Program-made: the position numbers and the translations under genes | NCBI GenBank assembly: GCA_030390025.1 | Contig: CM059432.1 | Span: 19,718,001-19,782,000, forward strand | Source of the DNA: Squalus acanthias | Taxonomy: Eukaryota | Direction: 5' to 3' | Length of the DNA stretch: 64,000 nucleotides | The notes under the pieces: model-generated | Seen by the model: only the letters and a program-made list of their open reading frames with translations | Told to the model about the DNA's origin: nothing | Databases searched by the model: none | In this document: positions 1 through 11,990 of the stretch, in pieces | How positions within the stretch are numbered: the first letter of the stretch is position 1 | Layout of the letters: each line of letters opens with the position of its first letter

Positions 1-573
1 CCATTCATTTAATGTGCAGTTGGTGTGCAACCATACACAGCGCATCCTCACCATCAATGCCCGCTATCCTGGCAGCAGCCATGATACCTTCATCCTGTAC
101 CAGCTCTGTTCCAGCCACCACATCAAGCTAGCGGCCGGCTGCTGGGAGACAGGGGCTATCCTCTCCCCGCCTGGCTCATGACTCCCCTCCGCAACCCCAG
201 CACGCGTGCCCAGCACTCATACAATGAGAGCCATGCTGCCACCAGGAACATCATTGAGCAGACCATCGGAGTGCTCAAGCAACGTTTCTGCTGCCTTGAC
301 CATTCGGGAGGAGCCCTCCAGTACTCGGCAGAGCGGGTGTCCCTTTTCGTCATCGTCTGCTGCATGCTGCTCAACTTGGCCATCATGAGGGCGCAGCCAT
401 TGCCACCAGGCATAGCCGCACCACCTCAGGAGGAGGAAGTAGGGGACGAGGAGGAGGAGGAGGAGGACAAGGAGGAACAGGAGCATGAACAGCAGTGATG
501 GAGGATTCAGCCACTCCATCGGTCTTGTGGAAGTGCGGTCCGTGACCGCCTCATCAGACTGCGGTTCCAATGA
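1..573 (+). pseudogene. Harbinger DDE transposase (HARBI1-like), C-terminal part, disrupted
   Basis: Motifs [31 protein letters not shown] and [23 protein letters not shown], then an acidic tail. Apparent deletion near 100-125; stop at 498. Confidence 0.88.
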
Positions 574-738
574 ATTCGAGGCCACTTCCCGGTTGCTCAG
601 CCCGTCCCCATCATTCCAGCAATTTCTCATTCCATACCACACCCCAAAGCTGAAATGAGACACAGCACCATTTCTGCAAGATTCCAATAATAAATTTATA
701 CACAATCAGTAACCATATATATACAAAAACAATATTAA

Positions 739-2600
739 CTAATGACCCTTGTGCAAACCCTTACTTGCTCTCTTTACAGTGCCTTTTCCTAATCTAGTGC
801 TCCTACGTAGTGTCGCCCCAGTGGCTGCAGCAGGGCTGGTAGAAGGCTGCTGAGTGTCAGTGCCAGAAACTACAGATGGCCTTGCAGGACGCCCTCGGCC
901 AGCTCTGGGTCAAGAAGGCCTGGCTGTACACTGCGCCACCTCAGGCTGGGCGGTTGCAGTCTGGGCTGGCTGGATCACAGGCAACGGCAAGGGCAATGGC
1001 AGAGTGGCAACAGGAATGCTGTCCTGAGAGAGGACAGCAGGTTCCTGCTCCACTGACCCGCTCCCACTCCCCCGAGGCAGCACCTCAGCATCCCTACCAA
1101 TCTACTGCATCACAGATTGCTGGGCTGCTGTGACATCGTCAGATCCCCAGTGGACTGTGGTGGTCCCAGCGACTATGGCAGCAGTCAGAGCTTTCGTGGC
1201 TTCAAGCTAAAACTGCATGAGAGCAGTCTGAGACTCGATGGCAGCAACCATAGACTGCATTACAGCACTAAGACGTTGCGTGGCTTCTGCCTGTGCTGCA
1301 ATGGATGCTGCCACATCGCCCATGACACGTAGCATGAGGTCTGGGTCCCCACGGTCTCTCAGGGAGTCCACCATCCTTAGCTGACAGCCAATGATGGGCT
1401 CCATGTTGTGCGCAGAGCTCTGAGCAATGTTGGAGGTGGACTGCTCCATGCTCCTTACCATTGCCGACAGGCTCTCAGGCACCCTTGCCATTGCACCTAT
1501 CTTCTCGGTGTGCATGCCCATCACCCTTTTTGTGAACGCCTACCCATCGAGGTCCTCATCTGAGTCCTGTGCAGCAGAACTCGCGCGCGAAATCACCCCC
1601 TGGCCTTGCTGCAGCCCGCTCATCCCCGGTCCCTCACCTAGTGCAGAACCCTCTACTAAACGTGCCTCTAAAGATCGCGCAGTGCCAGTATCTGAGCTGG
1701 TGCCTGCGGGTGAGAGATGCAGTGACGCGGTCCTTTGCTCCCCCTCCTCTTCGCCTTCCTCACTCTCAGTGGGAGGCTCACGGATAGGCTGGTTATGTGG
1801 TTGCTGATTATCTGAAAGCATAAAGGCACAAGACTCGCGTTCAGGTGAGGGCAGGAGGGCAGGAAGGGAGCAAGGAATGCAGACATTCTCAGGAGCTGGA
1901 AAGTGGGAAAGGCTTGTGGTATGAGGGGGAAGTGGGATGAGAGAAGGAGAGGGGCTGAAGATACCGTTGTTGCCCCCAAGGGGGTTGACGTTGCCGTGGG
2001 ACACGGCGTCCACCACCTGCTGCCCAATGAGTCGCAGCACTCGGTCCTCCAGGTCTGAAAGCTGCTGGAGCTACGCATCACCCCTGTCTGTTCTCTGCTG
2101 CTCCAACCTATTGTGGACCATCTTGGCCTGCAAGGGAACCTAATGTGTGTGAGTCAGAGTCCAGCTGTGTGTTTGGGAGATATGCCTGCCATAGTTGAAT
2201 AGCTGTGATTGTAGGCAAGGCCTGACATGTGGATATGAGTTTAAGTAGGTGCAGATGCTTGGTGGGTGAGTGGTGGGGGTGTGGTGGTTTGTGCAGTGTG
2301 TACAGACTGAGGTTCAGATGGTGGTGTGTAGGACCTGTTGAAGCATATACTCACCTTGACCACCCGAGTGAGGTCATTGAATTTCTTGCGGCACTGTGTC
2401 AGGCTGCGTATGACCACACTACTGGCCGAGACCTCCTGGGCCACTTCCCTCCACATTGCCCTGAAGAACTGGGGCAATGGCCTCCTTCCAGTGTCCGGGA
2501 ACAGCACTGCCCTCCTTCGCTCCACTCCCGCGACCAATGCCTCCAACGCCTCATCCGTGAAACGACGAGCTCTCTCCCTGGGAGTGGGATCAGCCATCAT
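739..2600 (-). pseudogene. Harbinger Myb/SANT DNA-binding protein gene, 3 exons (~2600-2355, 2127-1965, 1811-739), with in-frame stops
   Basis: Exon 1 RFTDEALEALV..WREVAQEV..QCRKKFNDL ends at GTGAGT. Exon 2 AKMVHNR..TDRG contains a TAG. Exon 3 has stops (e.g. 1540) and a basic tail LRRSTRLGK. Confidence 0.82.
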
Positions 2601-3167
2601 GATCAGGGGATTGAGTTGTTAGCAGGTTGCCTTCACAGCAAGCACTGCTGATAATGAGGATCTGCACAATGATGCAACCTCCCCTTTAAGAGCTGGAAGG
2701 AGCCAGTGTGAAGGATCATTCCCGATTGCATTGCACCTGAAATTCATTATCGATCTGCTGCTAGCGCCCCTGTAGCACCCTAATGAGGTAATTGGCGTTT
2801 GATTTAGCGCTCCAGCTCTCTGCTGGAGCGCTAACCGCCAATTTAGGGGAGCCTCAGATTCATTAGCGCCTGTCGCTAATTTTTCAAGATTTCGAAATTT
2901 AGCGCCCCAAACGGTGGGGGGGGGGGATAACGAATTTCTCCCCCATAGTATATTACTTACAATGCATTACCCTTGTCTACTCTTTCTGTTACTTCTTCAA
3001 AGAATTTAATAAGGTTGGTCAAGCATGACCGTCCCTTTTGAAATCCGTCCTAATTATTCTTTATTGTATGCTCGGTTTCTAGATGTTTTTCTATTACATC
3101 TTTGAGTAAAGATTCCAATATCTTTCCTATCATCGGCGTTAAGCTAACTTGTCTATAGTTCCCCAGA

Positions 3168-4135
3168 TAAGAACATAAGAAATAGGAGCAGGAATAGGCC
3201 ACTTGACCCCTTGAGCCTAGGCTGATCTTGGGCTCAAAGCCACTTCTCAGCCCGCTCCCCATAACCCTTCACTCCCTTACCTTGCAAAAATCTGTCTATC
3301 TCCACCTTAACTGTATTTAATGACCCAGCCTCCACGGCTCTCTGGGGCAGAGAATTCCACAGATTTACGACCCTCTGAGAGAAGAAATTCCTCCTCATCT
3401 CAGTTCTAAAAGTGCGACCCTTTATTCTGAAACTATGCCCCCGAGTTCTAGATTTCCCCACGAGGGGAAACATCCTCTCTGCATCTACCTTGTCGAGTCC
3501 CCTCAGTATCTTCTATGTTTCAATAAGATCACCTCTCTTTCTTCTAAATTCCAATGAGTATAGGCCCAACCTGCTCAACCTTTCTTCATAAGTCAACCCC
3601 CTCATCTTTGGAATTAACCTAGTGAATCGTCTCTGAACTGCCTCCAATGCAAGTATATCCTTCCTTAAATAAGGAGAAAAACTGTACGCAGCACTCAAGG
3701 TGTGGTCTCACCAATACCCTGTACAGTTGTAGCAGGACTTCCCTGCTTTTATACTCCAACCCCCTTGCAATAAAGGCCAACATTCCATTTGCCTTTTTGA
3801 TTTCTTGCTGTACTTGCATGCCAACTTTTTGTGTTACATGCACAAGGACCCCCAGGTCCCTCTGAACTGTAGCATTTTGTAATCTCTCTGCATTTAAATA
3901 ATAATTTCCTTTTTTATTTTTCCTGCCAAAGTGGATAACCTCGCACTTTCCCACATTAGACTCCATCTGTCAAATGTTTACCCACTCACTTAGCCTGTCT
4001 ATATCCCTTTGCAGATTCTTTGAGTCCTCTGCACAACTTGCTTTCCCACCCATCTTTGTATCATCCACAAACTTGGCTACATTACACTCGGTCCCTTCAT
4101 CCAAGTCATTAATGTAGATTGTAAATAGTTGCGGT
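3168..4135 (-). mobile_element. CR1 LINE 3' portion (RT C-terminus and 3' UTR)
   Basis: LFTIYINDLDEG..KFVDDTK, KCEVIHFG, RPHLECCVQF and RRNFFSQRVVNLWNSLP; AAGAACATAAG tail. Confidence 0.92.
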
Positions 4136-4448
4136 AAATAGATGTATTCTATCTCCCTTTTTGAATATAGGAATGACATTAGCTGGCCATCAGTCCTCTG
4201 GCACTATTTCCTTTTCTATTGATTTTATATATCTATATATATATAGTGCCTCTACTATCTCTTCCTTAGCTTCTTTGAGAATGCGTGGATGCAATCCATC
4301 CAGACCTAGGGTTATATCCTCTCCAGGTTTGTTTAATTTACCAATTATCTATCTTAAATGTCTTGATATCCTTTTTGATCTCTTTTTCTAATGTCATACC
4401 CATCTAGTCTCCCTGGTAAATACTGAGGCAAAGTAACTATTCAATGTT

Positions 4449-5213
4449 GGCCCAGAAATTCGCCTCTCCGGCTTGCCGCGGGGGTAAGGATCGCGCGCGC
4501 ACTTACCTACCGCGCCTGCCGTTGTGTTTTGGGCCCACGGGAACTTCAGCTCCTGGTGCTGCTCCAAGAGTCGGCGCGCAGTGCTTGCGTTTCCCAGGGG
4601 CGCAGTTAGTGCGATGCTTCCCCTGGGATCACGTGGGCCATGGAGAGCCAATGGCAGCAGACCATCTTTCATTCATAGATTTGACAGGAAGACCTGTCAA
4701 ATCTGTGAATTGAAATCAGCCCCAAAAGAACAGCTAAACTTAAAATACATTTTTTTTAAAACCATCACATTTATAAAATAACTACAGTTAAATAAATTAA
4801 CCACTTTAAACAAAAATTTAAATTTTTGAAAAAATTAAAATACTTTTTAAAAGTGATAAAAATAAACTTACCTTTCTTTAAAGTATCTAAAAAAGATAAA
4901 CCTGTTGAAATTTTTTTTTAATTATACTTAATTAACCACTTACCTTGTTGAAAACGGCTCCTACGCCTCCTTTTTAATAGCGTAGTTTCTTCAATACTTA
5001 CCCTCGCGGAGAAACCTGAAAAAAAATCTAAGTTTGCTGCGTGCGCGCAGCGTCTACCGCGCACGCGGTTCACCTAGGAACCGCCCCCTTCACCAGACTG
5101 GAAGTTCCGGTTTCCTGCGCATGCGCAGTGCATGCAGGAAACCGGCACTTCGGGACGCCTTACGGGTGAGTACAGAGCGCGTACTCACCCGGGAAGGGCC
5201 GAATTTTTGGCCC
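4449..5213 (-). mobile_element. Harbinger-type MITE, family A
   Basis: TIRs GGCCCAGAAATTCG and CGAATTTTTGGCCC; GC-rich arms, AT-rich core; close homolog at 30183-30936. Confidence 0.85.
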
Positions 5214-5446
5214 AATATTTCTGCCATTTCGCTGTCATTACCTGTAAGTTTATCGTGTGCATCCCGTAGTGGCACTATCCCTATCCTGATTTTTCTTGTT
5301 ATTTATGTGTCCATAGAATACTTCACTATTTTTATATTCTTTGATAATTTTATTTCATAGTTCCTCTTCGCCTTCCTAATTGTTATTTTGACTTCTTTCC
5401 TAGCCTCTTTGCATTCCCTTTTGTCATCCTCTCATTTTGTTCTCTT

Positions 5447-5650
5447 AGTGTCCTGGCCAACATTTATCCCTCAACCAGCGTCACTAAAACAGACGATCTG
5501 GTCATTTATCTCACTGCTGTTTGTGGCTGCAGCACTTCCTTACATCACAATGGTGACGACACTTCAAAAGTACTACATTGCCTTGTGGAGCACTTTGGGA
5601 CATCCTGAGGTTGTGAAAGCTGCCATGCAAATGCAAGTTTGGTCTTTCTT
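5447..5650 (+). mobile_element. SacSINE1/Deu-type SINE, 3' fragment
   Basis: GTCCTGGCCAACATTTATCCCTCAACC..GCAAATGCAAGT; matches the fuller copy at 37918-38335. Confidence 0.75.
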
Positions 5651-8381
5651 TCGTACATTGTGGAATTGTTCTTGATTGGTGGGAAGAGGCGTTATTTTCA
5701 CATTGATGACGTCATTTGGACACGATGTGGCGATACATCGAAGTAATTTATATCATCTTGTTGCGACTCTCCAAAAGCAATTTGCCGAACACTTTTCCAG
5801 GAAGCTGTTGTCTCTTTAAATAGGTGCATCCATAAAAAGACGACGTCTGTCGTGCTTCAATCATATTGACTGAAATTCCAACACACCACCGCGCCAATCT
5901 TCATCACTTGCAGACAACAGACCGCACAATCTCACGCAGCGCTGCACAGAATTGAGCATCGCTGCTCCTCAAGGATTAAGTCGTGCGGCACAATCCAAGC
6001 AGTAGGTTTGAGTCAGTGTGAATTAATGGTATGGTATGCGGTATTCCACTGGCAGGCACTTAAAAGCCTGAAGCTGCTTCAGGCTGCTTCGTGCCACACT
6101 GCAAAAGGATTCTGTGACCCTTAACCTCCTATTTAGAGAAACTGGTCACCTGAGATAATAAAATAAAATGCTCCTTTGAAGCAGCGGTGAACGAAAGAAT
6201 ACAGTGTGGCCTCAGGCAATCATGAATTATTTAATTTGATGTCAAATGCGTGGTGTGGTTTTCCATGCACTGCTGCTCCTCATCATGGGCCCTCTATCAC
6301 CGTCACTACCCAGGCCTGCACGCCTCAGTGTAGCAGATGGACGGGTTTAAAATCGATGCCTGAAGAATGCGGTCTGCCGCATGCAGAACAGTCTACAGTT
6401 CAGATGTAAACGCAGCAGTTCTGGATCGCCTTCCCGTGGAAAATCCCACCTTTGGCTGACCTGCTGTGTAAACCACGCAACTAATAAGAAACAGCATCGG
6501 CTCCACAGTCTGGACTAAAGGAGCAGCCCCTCGAGCCCAAGCTGTCAACGCTGTCATCTGTCACTCACCTCACCCGCCGGGCTATTGAAAATTAAACCAT
6601 GGCACCGTTTGCAATCTCGAAACAGGGGAGACTCCCGTCTGTTTTGCTTTCAGAGAATATACCGCTGAAGCATCGCTGCCAAGTGGAGGTGTGGGATGTC
6701 TTTTATTTTAAAGTTTTTTGTCCCAGATATGCTATTTTTACCTGCCAAGGCGATAAAAATGCTGACAGAACCCTAAGTAAACAAATTTGTTCAATTCTAT
6801 AATTTGTGATTGAACTCAGGATTTTGATACGATTTAACTCACCGGCGTTTCTCAGTGAAGTTTTTGAACATTGAAGCAACACTAACATCCTCTGAAAGAT
6901 GAGACACGATCAATCAGTAATCGTGCACTTTGAACATCATCATGCACCAACACAAGTTGCAGTGGCAGTTGACATTGCTCCAACATCAACTATTCCTACT
7001 AAACCAGACTCAAAACAAAGTGAAAACACTGAGGATGCTGGAAACCTACCTCACCGCCACCTCTCATGACCCCTCTGATTTATCACGCTGCTTGTCCAAC
7101 ATTCAGTACTGGATAAGCAGAAATTTCCTCAAACTCAATATTGGGAAGACCGAATTCATTGGCCAGAACTTTGCCTACCTGGGCGGGTCTAGTGCGGGCA
7201 GTGGCCATGGCGGGTCACGACCCCGCTGCTGAAAATGACTTTCCTTTAATAGGGCCTATTAAGCGGGCCTAGCGCATTACCCGGCCTAATTAAATGGTGC
7301 CGATCTGGTGATGTCATCGATGACGTGTTTTTAGCCGGGATCTTTAAAGGGGCCAAGGCCACATTGGATTTGAATGTCAATGTAACATAGTGCTGTCAGT
7401 ACACTAAAGCATTGGAGTGCTGCAAACACTGACAATGACTGCACAGAGGCACCCGGGTTCTCCGATGATTCCCTCCATATGCTTAGGAAGGGAGTCAGAA
7501 CACGCAGGCAGTTCCTCTTCCCTTCCAATGGGCGGAAGAGACCTCCCCAGGACACCAAAACAGCCTGGTTGGAGATTGCAGAGGAGGTCACCAGCAGGAG
7601 GACCTGGGTGCAGGGCCACAAAAGTTTCAATGATCTCATTGGATCAGGAAACATTAGTACAAAACCACACTCAACCCCATCCTGCTGGGCCTCTCATCAC
7701 ATCCCCATCACTCTGCCTTCCCAACCATACCCCTGTACATCCTTACTCACACCAACATACCTTGCACGTCCACCCATCTTTCTCTCTCTAGCTACATTAT
7801 TACATCCCCATCTCACTAGCCACCCCTCACACTCACCCTCATCCTAGTGCAATCATACCAACCAACAACACACAAGGAGACCACTTGGGTATTTTAGTCA
7901 ATGTTTATGTAAAGTTTCTGTTAATGTGGTGTCAAACATAAAAATCTTTATTTTCAACACTTTCCAGTCTTGAACAGATTTGTGTGCACCTTTGTAAGTG
8001 GCTCAGTGAGTTGCAGTGAATGGTGAGATATAACGGTACCTCCAGCAATGGTGGTGTGAAAGGAATGGCTTGGTCATTGCAAGGATGCTTTATGGTGTTG
8101 GTGTGGGGTGGTGCCAACCTGGCGCATCATGTGGCAGCCATATGGGTATACAGCGTCAAGTGAAGTAAATCTGGCCATGATGAGGCCATCCCTGGCCTCC
8201 CGGGCAGTAATGTGGTCGGGTGCTGATGCCCTCTGTCCTGTGCAGCATCAGGTGATTGCGGAGAAGGTTGGTGTTGTTGTTGGTGCTGCTGGTGTGCCTG
8301 GTGCTGCTGGGGCTGATCGTGGTCAGATTCTGAGGACCAAGGTGAGACAGTATAAACAGCACCCATGTTGATGGAATAGAT

Positions 8382-8957
8382 CATGATGCGGAGATGCCGG
8401 TGTTGGACTGGGGTGGACAAAAATGAGAAGTCGCACAACACCAGGTTATAGTCCAACAGTTTTATTTGAAATCACAAGCTTTCGGAGCTGTTGCTCCTTC
8501 GTCGGGTGAAGTAAAGAGATACAGAATCGCCAAAGCATATATAGATAGAGAACAATGCATGTGTACCTTACAATGGTAGACGACTAAATTTAATTATCCT
8601 GACTGTTTATCTGCCGAGGTGTGACAAAAGGCAATCAGGTCAGCCAGGAAGGTCCCACATCAAAGACATAGCAAGATACAACTGAGACAATGAGGTGGAG
8701 TTACAGGGGGTCCAACGTGTCAAAAGCTGCAGTCAGTATGTAAAACGATAAACTTTAAAATTTTTACTTTTTTACTGGGAATCACATCTGTGAACAAGCC
8801 AATGACGACTCGAGTCTGGATCACGTCATGTATCGTGACATAAACCCAAGATCCCGGTTGAGACCGTCCTCATGAGTGCGGAACTTGGCTATCAGTTTCT
8901 GCTCGATGATTTTGCGTTGTCGTGTGTTTCTAAGGCCGCCTTGGAGAACGCTTACCC
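8382..8957 (-). mobile_element. 5'-truncated Penelope-like retroelement (GIY-YIG C-terminus plus pLTR with hammerhead motif)
   Basis: 12-bp TSD GATGGAATAGAT at 8370-8381 and 8958-8969; peptide VSVLQGGLRNTRQRKIIEQKLIAKFRTHEDGLNRD. Confidence 0.85.
8471..8510 (-). ncRNA. Minimal hammerhead ribozyme motif (Penelope type), U4C variant
   Basis: Minus strand reads UCAC-CCGACGA-A-GGAGC-AACA-GCUCC-GAAAGCUU-GUGA. Confidence 0.6.
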
Positions 8958-9712
8958 GATGGAATAGATGGCAGGTCAAGTAGAGTTGACAGAAGCAATC
9001 TGTCAATGGTGAGAGAGGTTCTTCCAATGAGGTGACGCTGGATGGAGAGTTTGCTGGAAAGACTGCAGCCTGTAGAATCTGTGCTGGGGATGCAGTAAGA
9101 AAGAGCTTCTGCTGACAAAAGTGATCATCTGTCAGGTGGGTGCTTTTATAGTACATTTGATGCTGTCAACTAATCAGCTGGAGCAATGGCCACTAAGCTC
9201 CTGCCTCAGGTTGACAGATGTGGTTCCCGAGCTGCGTGTTTTCCATGGCCATGCAGTTAAATTTAAAAGGTAAGGTTAAAACCACTCTTAAGGGTCTGAC
9301 AACTAGCTACTAATAATTTAAATTGGGTCGCCAACCTCTGCCGGTCGGGCCGGGTCCACGCTGACAGACGCGCCTGAGGGAAAGGCGCGTGGGAGCGGGA
9401 TGACAGCGGGCTCCTGACCCACTCCCAAAAGTAACAACTTTCCCACCCCACCCGCTTCCGATCGCGCCCGTTACCACCCCAAAAAATGTCGGCCATTGTC
9501 TTCGGTCCCCGCCACAAACACTGTCCCGTAGACACCGAATCTATCCCTCTCCCTAGTCACTATCTGAGGATGAACCAAACTGTTCGCAACCTTGGTGTCC
9601 TATTTGAATCTGAGATGAGCTTCCAACCCCATATCTGATCCATCACCAGGACCATCTACTTCCACATCTGTAATATTACTCGACTCTGCACCAAGTTGTT
9701 TTTATTGTTGAG

Positions 9713-9893
9713 TTAAAACAGAAAATGCTGGACAACACTCAGCAGGTCAGGCAGCATCTGTGGAGAGAGAAACCAAGTTAACGTTTCAGGTCGATGACCT
9801 TTCATCAGAGGAAAGGTCATTGACCTGAAAGGTGAACTCTGTTTCTCTCTCCATAGATGCTTCGTGTTTCCAGCATTTTCTGTTTTTATTTCA
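9713..9893. mobile_element. Penelope-derived inverted-repeat unit with hammerhead core (intact on -, broken on +)
   Basis: Same sequence as 18292-18493 but with a central deletion; minus strand CTGATGAAAGGTCATCGACCTGAAACGTTAAC. Confidence 0.75.
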
Positions 9894-9921
9894 AAACAAA
9901 TTGAAATTGCCTTAACTTCAC

Positions 9922-10905
9922 TGCAGGAGTTCCTCAGGGCAATGTCCTAGGCCCAACCATCTTCAGCTACTTCATCACTGACCTTCCCTCCATCATAAGG
10001 TCAGAAGTGGGGATGTTCGCTGATGATTGCATAGTGTTCAGTGCCATTCACAACACCTCAGATAACGCCCACAAGACCTGGATGACATTCAGGCTTGGGC
10101 TGATAAGTGGCAAGTAACATTCATGCCACACGAGTGCCAGACAATGACTATCTCCAACAAGCGAGAGTCTAACCACCGCCCCCTGACATTCAACGGCATT
10201 ACCATCGCTGAATCCCCCACCATCAACATCCTGGGGGGTCACCATTGACCAGAAACTTAACTGGACCAGCCACATAAATACTACATAAATACAGCCACAT
10301 AAGAGCAGGTCAGAGGCTGGGTATTCTGCGGCGAATGTCTCACCTTCTGACTCCCCATAGTCTTTCCATCATCTACAAGGCACAAGTCAGGAGTGTGATG
10401 GAAACTTGCCTGGATGAGTGCAGCTCCAACAACATTCAAGAAGGTCGACACCATCCAGGACAAAGTAGCCTGCTTGATTGGCAACCCATCCACCACCTTA
10501 AACATTCACTCCCTCCACCACCGGCGTACCGTGGCTGCAGTGTGTACCATCTACAAGATGCACTGTAGCAACTCACCAAGGCTTCTTCGGCAGCACCTCC
10601 CAAACCCGCGACCTCTACCACCTAGAAGGACAAGGGCAACAGGCGCAAGAGAACACCATCAACCTGCAAGTTCCCCTCCAAGTTACACACCATCCTGACT
10701 TGGAATTATATCGCTGTTCCTTCATCGTCGCTGGGTCAAAATCCTGGAACTCCCTCCCTAACAGCACTGTGGGAGTACCTTCAACACAAGGACTGCAGCG
10801 GTTCAAGAAGGCGGCTCACCACCACCTTCTCAAAGGCAATTAGGGATGGGCAATAAATGCTGGCATTGCCAGCGATGCCCACATCCCAGAACGAATAAAG
10901 AAAAA
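9922..10905 (+). mobile_element. CR1-group LINE 3' portion (distinct subfamily)
   Basis: GVPQG-like start, MFADDC and IYKAQVRSVME; 3' end GGGATGGGCAATAAATGCTGG..CCCACATCCC plus A-rich tail; homolog at 26585-27073. Confidence 0.8.
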
Positions 10906-11074
10906 CTGCCCATTGTTATACTCAGCCATACAGAGCAAAATGCCTCATGTTCATTCTCAGCTGTGCTGAGTTAGCTTACAACAACAACTTGCATTTATAT
11001 AGCATCTTTTATGTAGTAACACGTCCCAAGGCGCTTCACAGGACCGTTATCAAACAAACTTTGCCACTGAGCCA

Positions 11075-11990
11075 CATAGAATCGTAGAATAGTCTTGCAC
11101 AGAAGGAGGCCATTTGGCCCATCGAGTCTGCGTGGGCAATTTCGAGCAGCAATCCAGTTTGTCCCACTCCCCGGCTTTTTCCCCATAGCCCTGCAATTTG
11201 TTCTCCTTCAAGTATTTATCCAATTCCCTTTTGACTGTTACTACTGAATCTGTTTCCACCACATTTTCAGGCAGTGCATTCCAAATCCTAACCACTCGCT
11301 GCGTAAAAAGGTTTTTCCTCATGTCGCCTTTGATTCTTTTGCCAATCACCTTAAATCTGTGCCCTCTGGTTATCGGCCCGTCAGCCATTGGAAATAGTTT
11401 CTCTTTATTTACTCTATCTAAACCCTTCATGATTTTAAACACCTCTATCAAATCTCCTCTTAGCCTTCTCTGCTGTAAGAAGAACAAGCACAGCTTCTCC
11501 AGTCTATCCCACGTCACTGTATTCCCTGGAACCATTCTAGTAAATCTCTTCTGCACCCTCTCCAAAGCCTTCACGTCCTTCCTAAAGTGCGGTGCCCAGA
11601 ATTGGACACAAGACTCCAGCTGGGGCCAAAATATTTTTTTAATAGATTTGGCATAACCTCCAGGCTTTTGTACTCGATGCCTCTATTTATAAAGCTCAGG
11701 ATCCCATATACTTTAATAACTGCTCTGTTAACCTGCCCTGCCACCTTCAAAGATTTGTGCACAAACACCCCCAGGTCTCTCTCTTCTTGCACTCCCTTTA
11801 AAATTGTACCATTTACCATGTATCGTCTCTCCTCATTCTTCCTACCAAAATGTATCACCTCACACTTTTCTGTGTTCAATTTCACCTGTCACATGTCCAT
11901 CCATTCCACCAGCCTGTCTACGTCCTCTTGAAGTCTATTACTATCGTCCTCACTGTTTACTACACTTCTAAGTCTTCTGTCATCTGCAAA
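11075..11990 (-). mobile_element. CR1 LINE 3' portion
   Basis: KCEVIHFG..RDLGV, LERVQKRFTRM and RVVRIWNALP; CATAGAAT tail. Confidence 0.92.

Larger units (their letters stand above)
1..2944. mobile_element. PIF/Harbinger DNA transposon (degenerate; other end outside window) with convergent transposase and Myb/SANT genes
   Basis: HARBI1-like transposase 3' half on +, Myb/SANT gene on -. Terminus CGAATTTCTCCCCC at 2931-2944 matches the TIR of the MITE at 44222-45114 and is followed directly by CR1 sequence. Confidence 0.9.
2945..5445 (-). mobile_element. CR1 LINE internal fragment, interrupted by a second CR1 (3168-4135) and a MITE (4449-5213)
   Basis: GNYRQVSLT..GKILESLLKDVIEKHLE and flanking RT-region sequence; similar to the CR1 at 45570-47480. 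Confidence 0.8.
7161..9494. mobile_element. Degenerate, internally deleted Harbinger transposon
   Basis: ATT target duplication with GGCC termini. Myb/SANT remnant on + (~7435-7650: FLFPSNGRKRP..AWLEIAEEV..KSFNDL). Probable transposase N-terminal remnant on - (~8100-8366). Confidence 0.82.
7045..9692 (+). mobile_element. L2 LINE fragment split by the Harbinger at 7161-9494
   Basis: CLSNIQYWISRNFLKLNIGKTE resumes as IVFGPRHK after 9494; homologous to the L2 at 40147-41500. Confidence 0.85.

Noticed and set aside
1..2600. Domesticated HARBI1 or NAIF1/MSANTD host genes
   Set aside because: In-frame stops and deletions, a retained TIR and insertion into a CR1 indicate a dead transposon copy.
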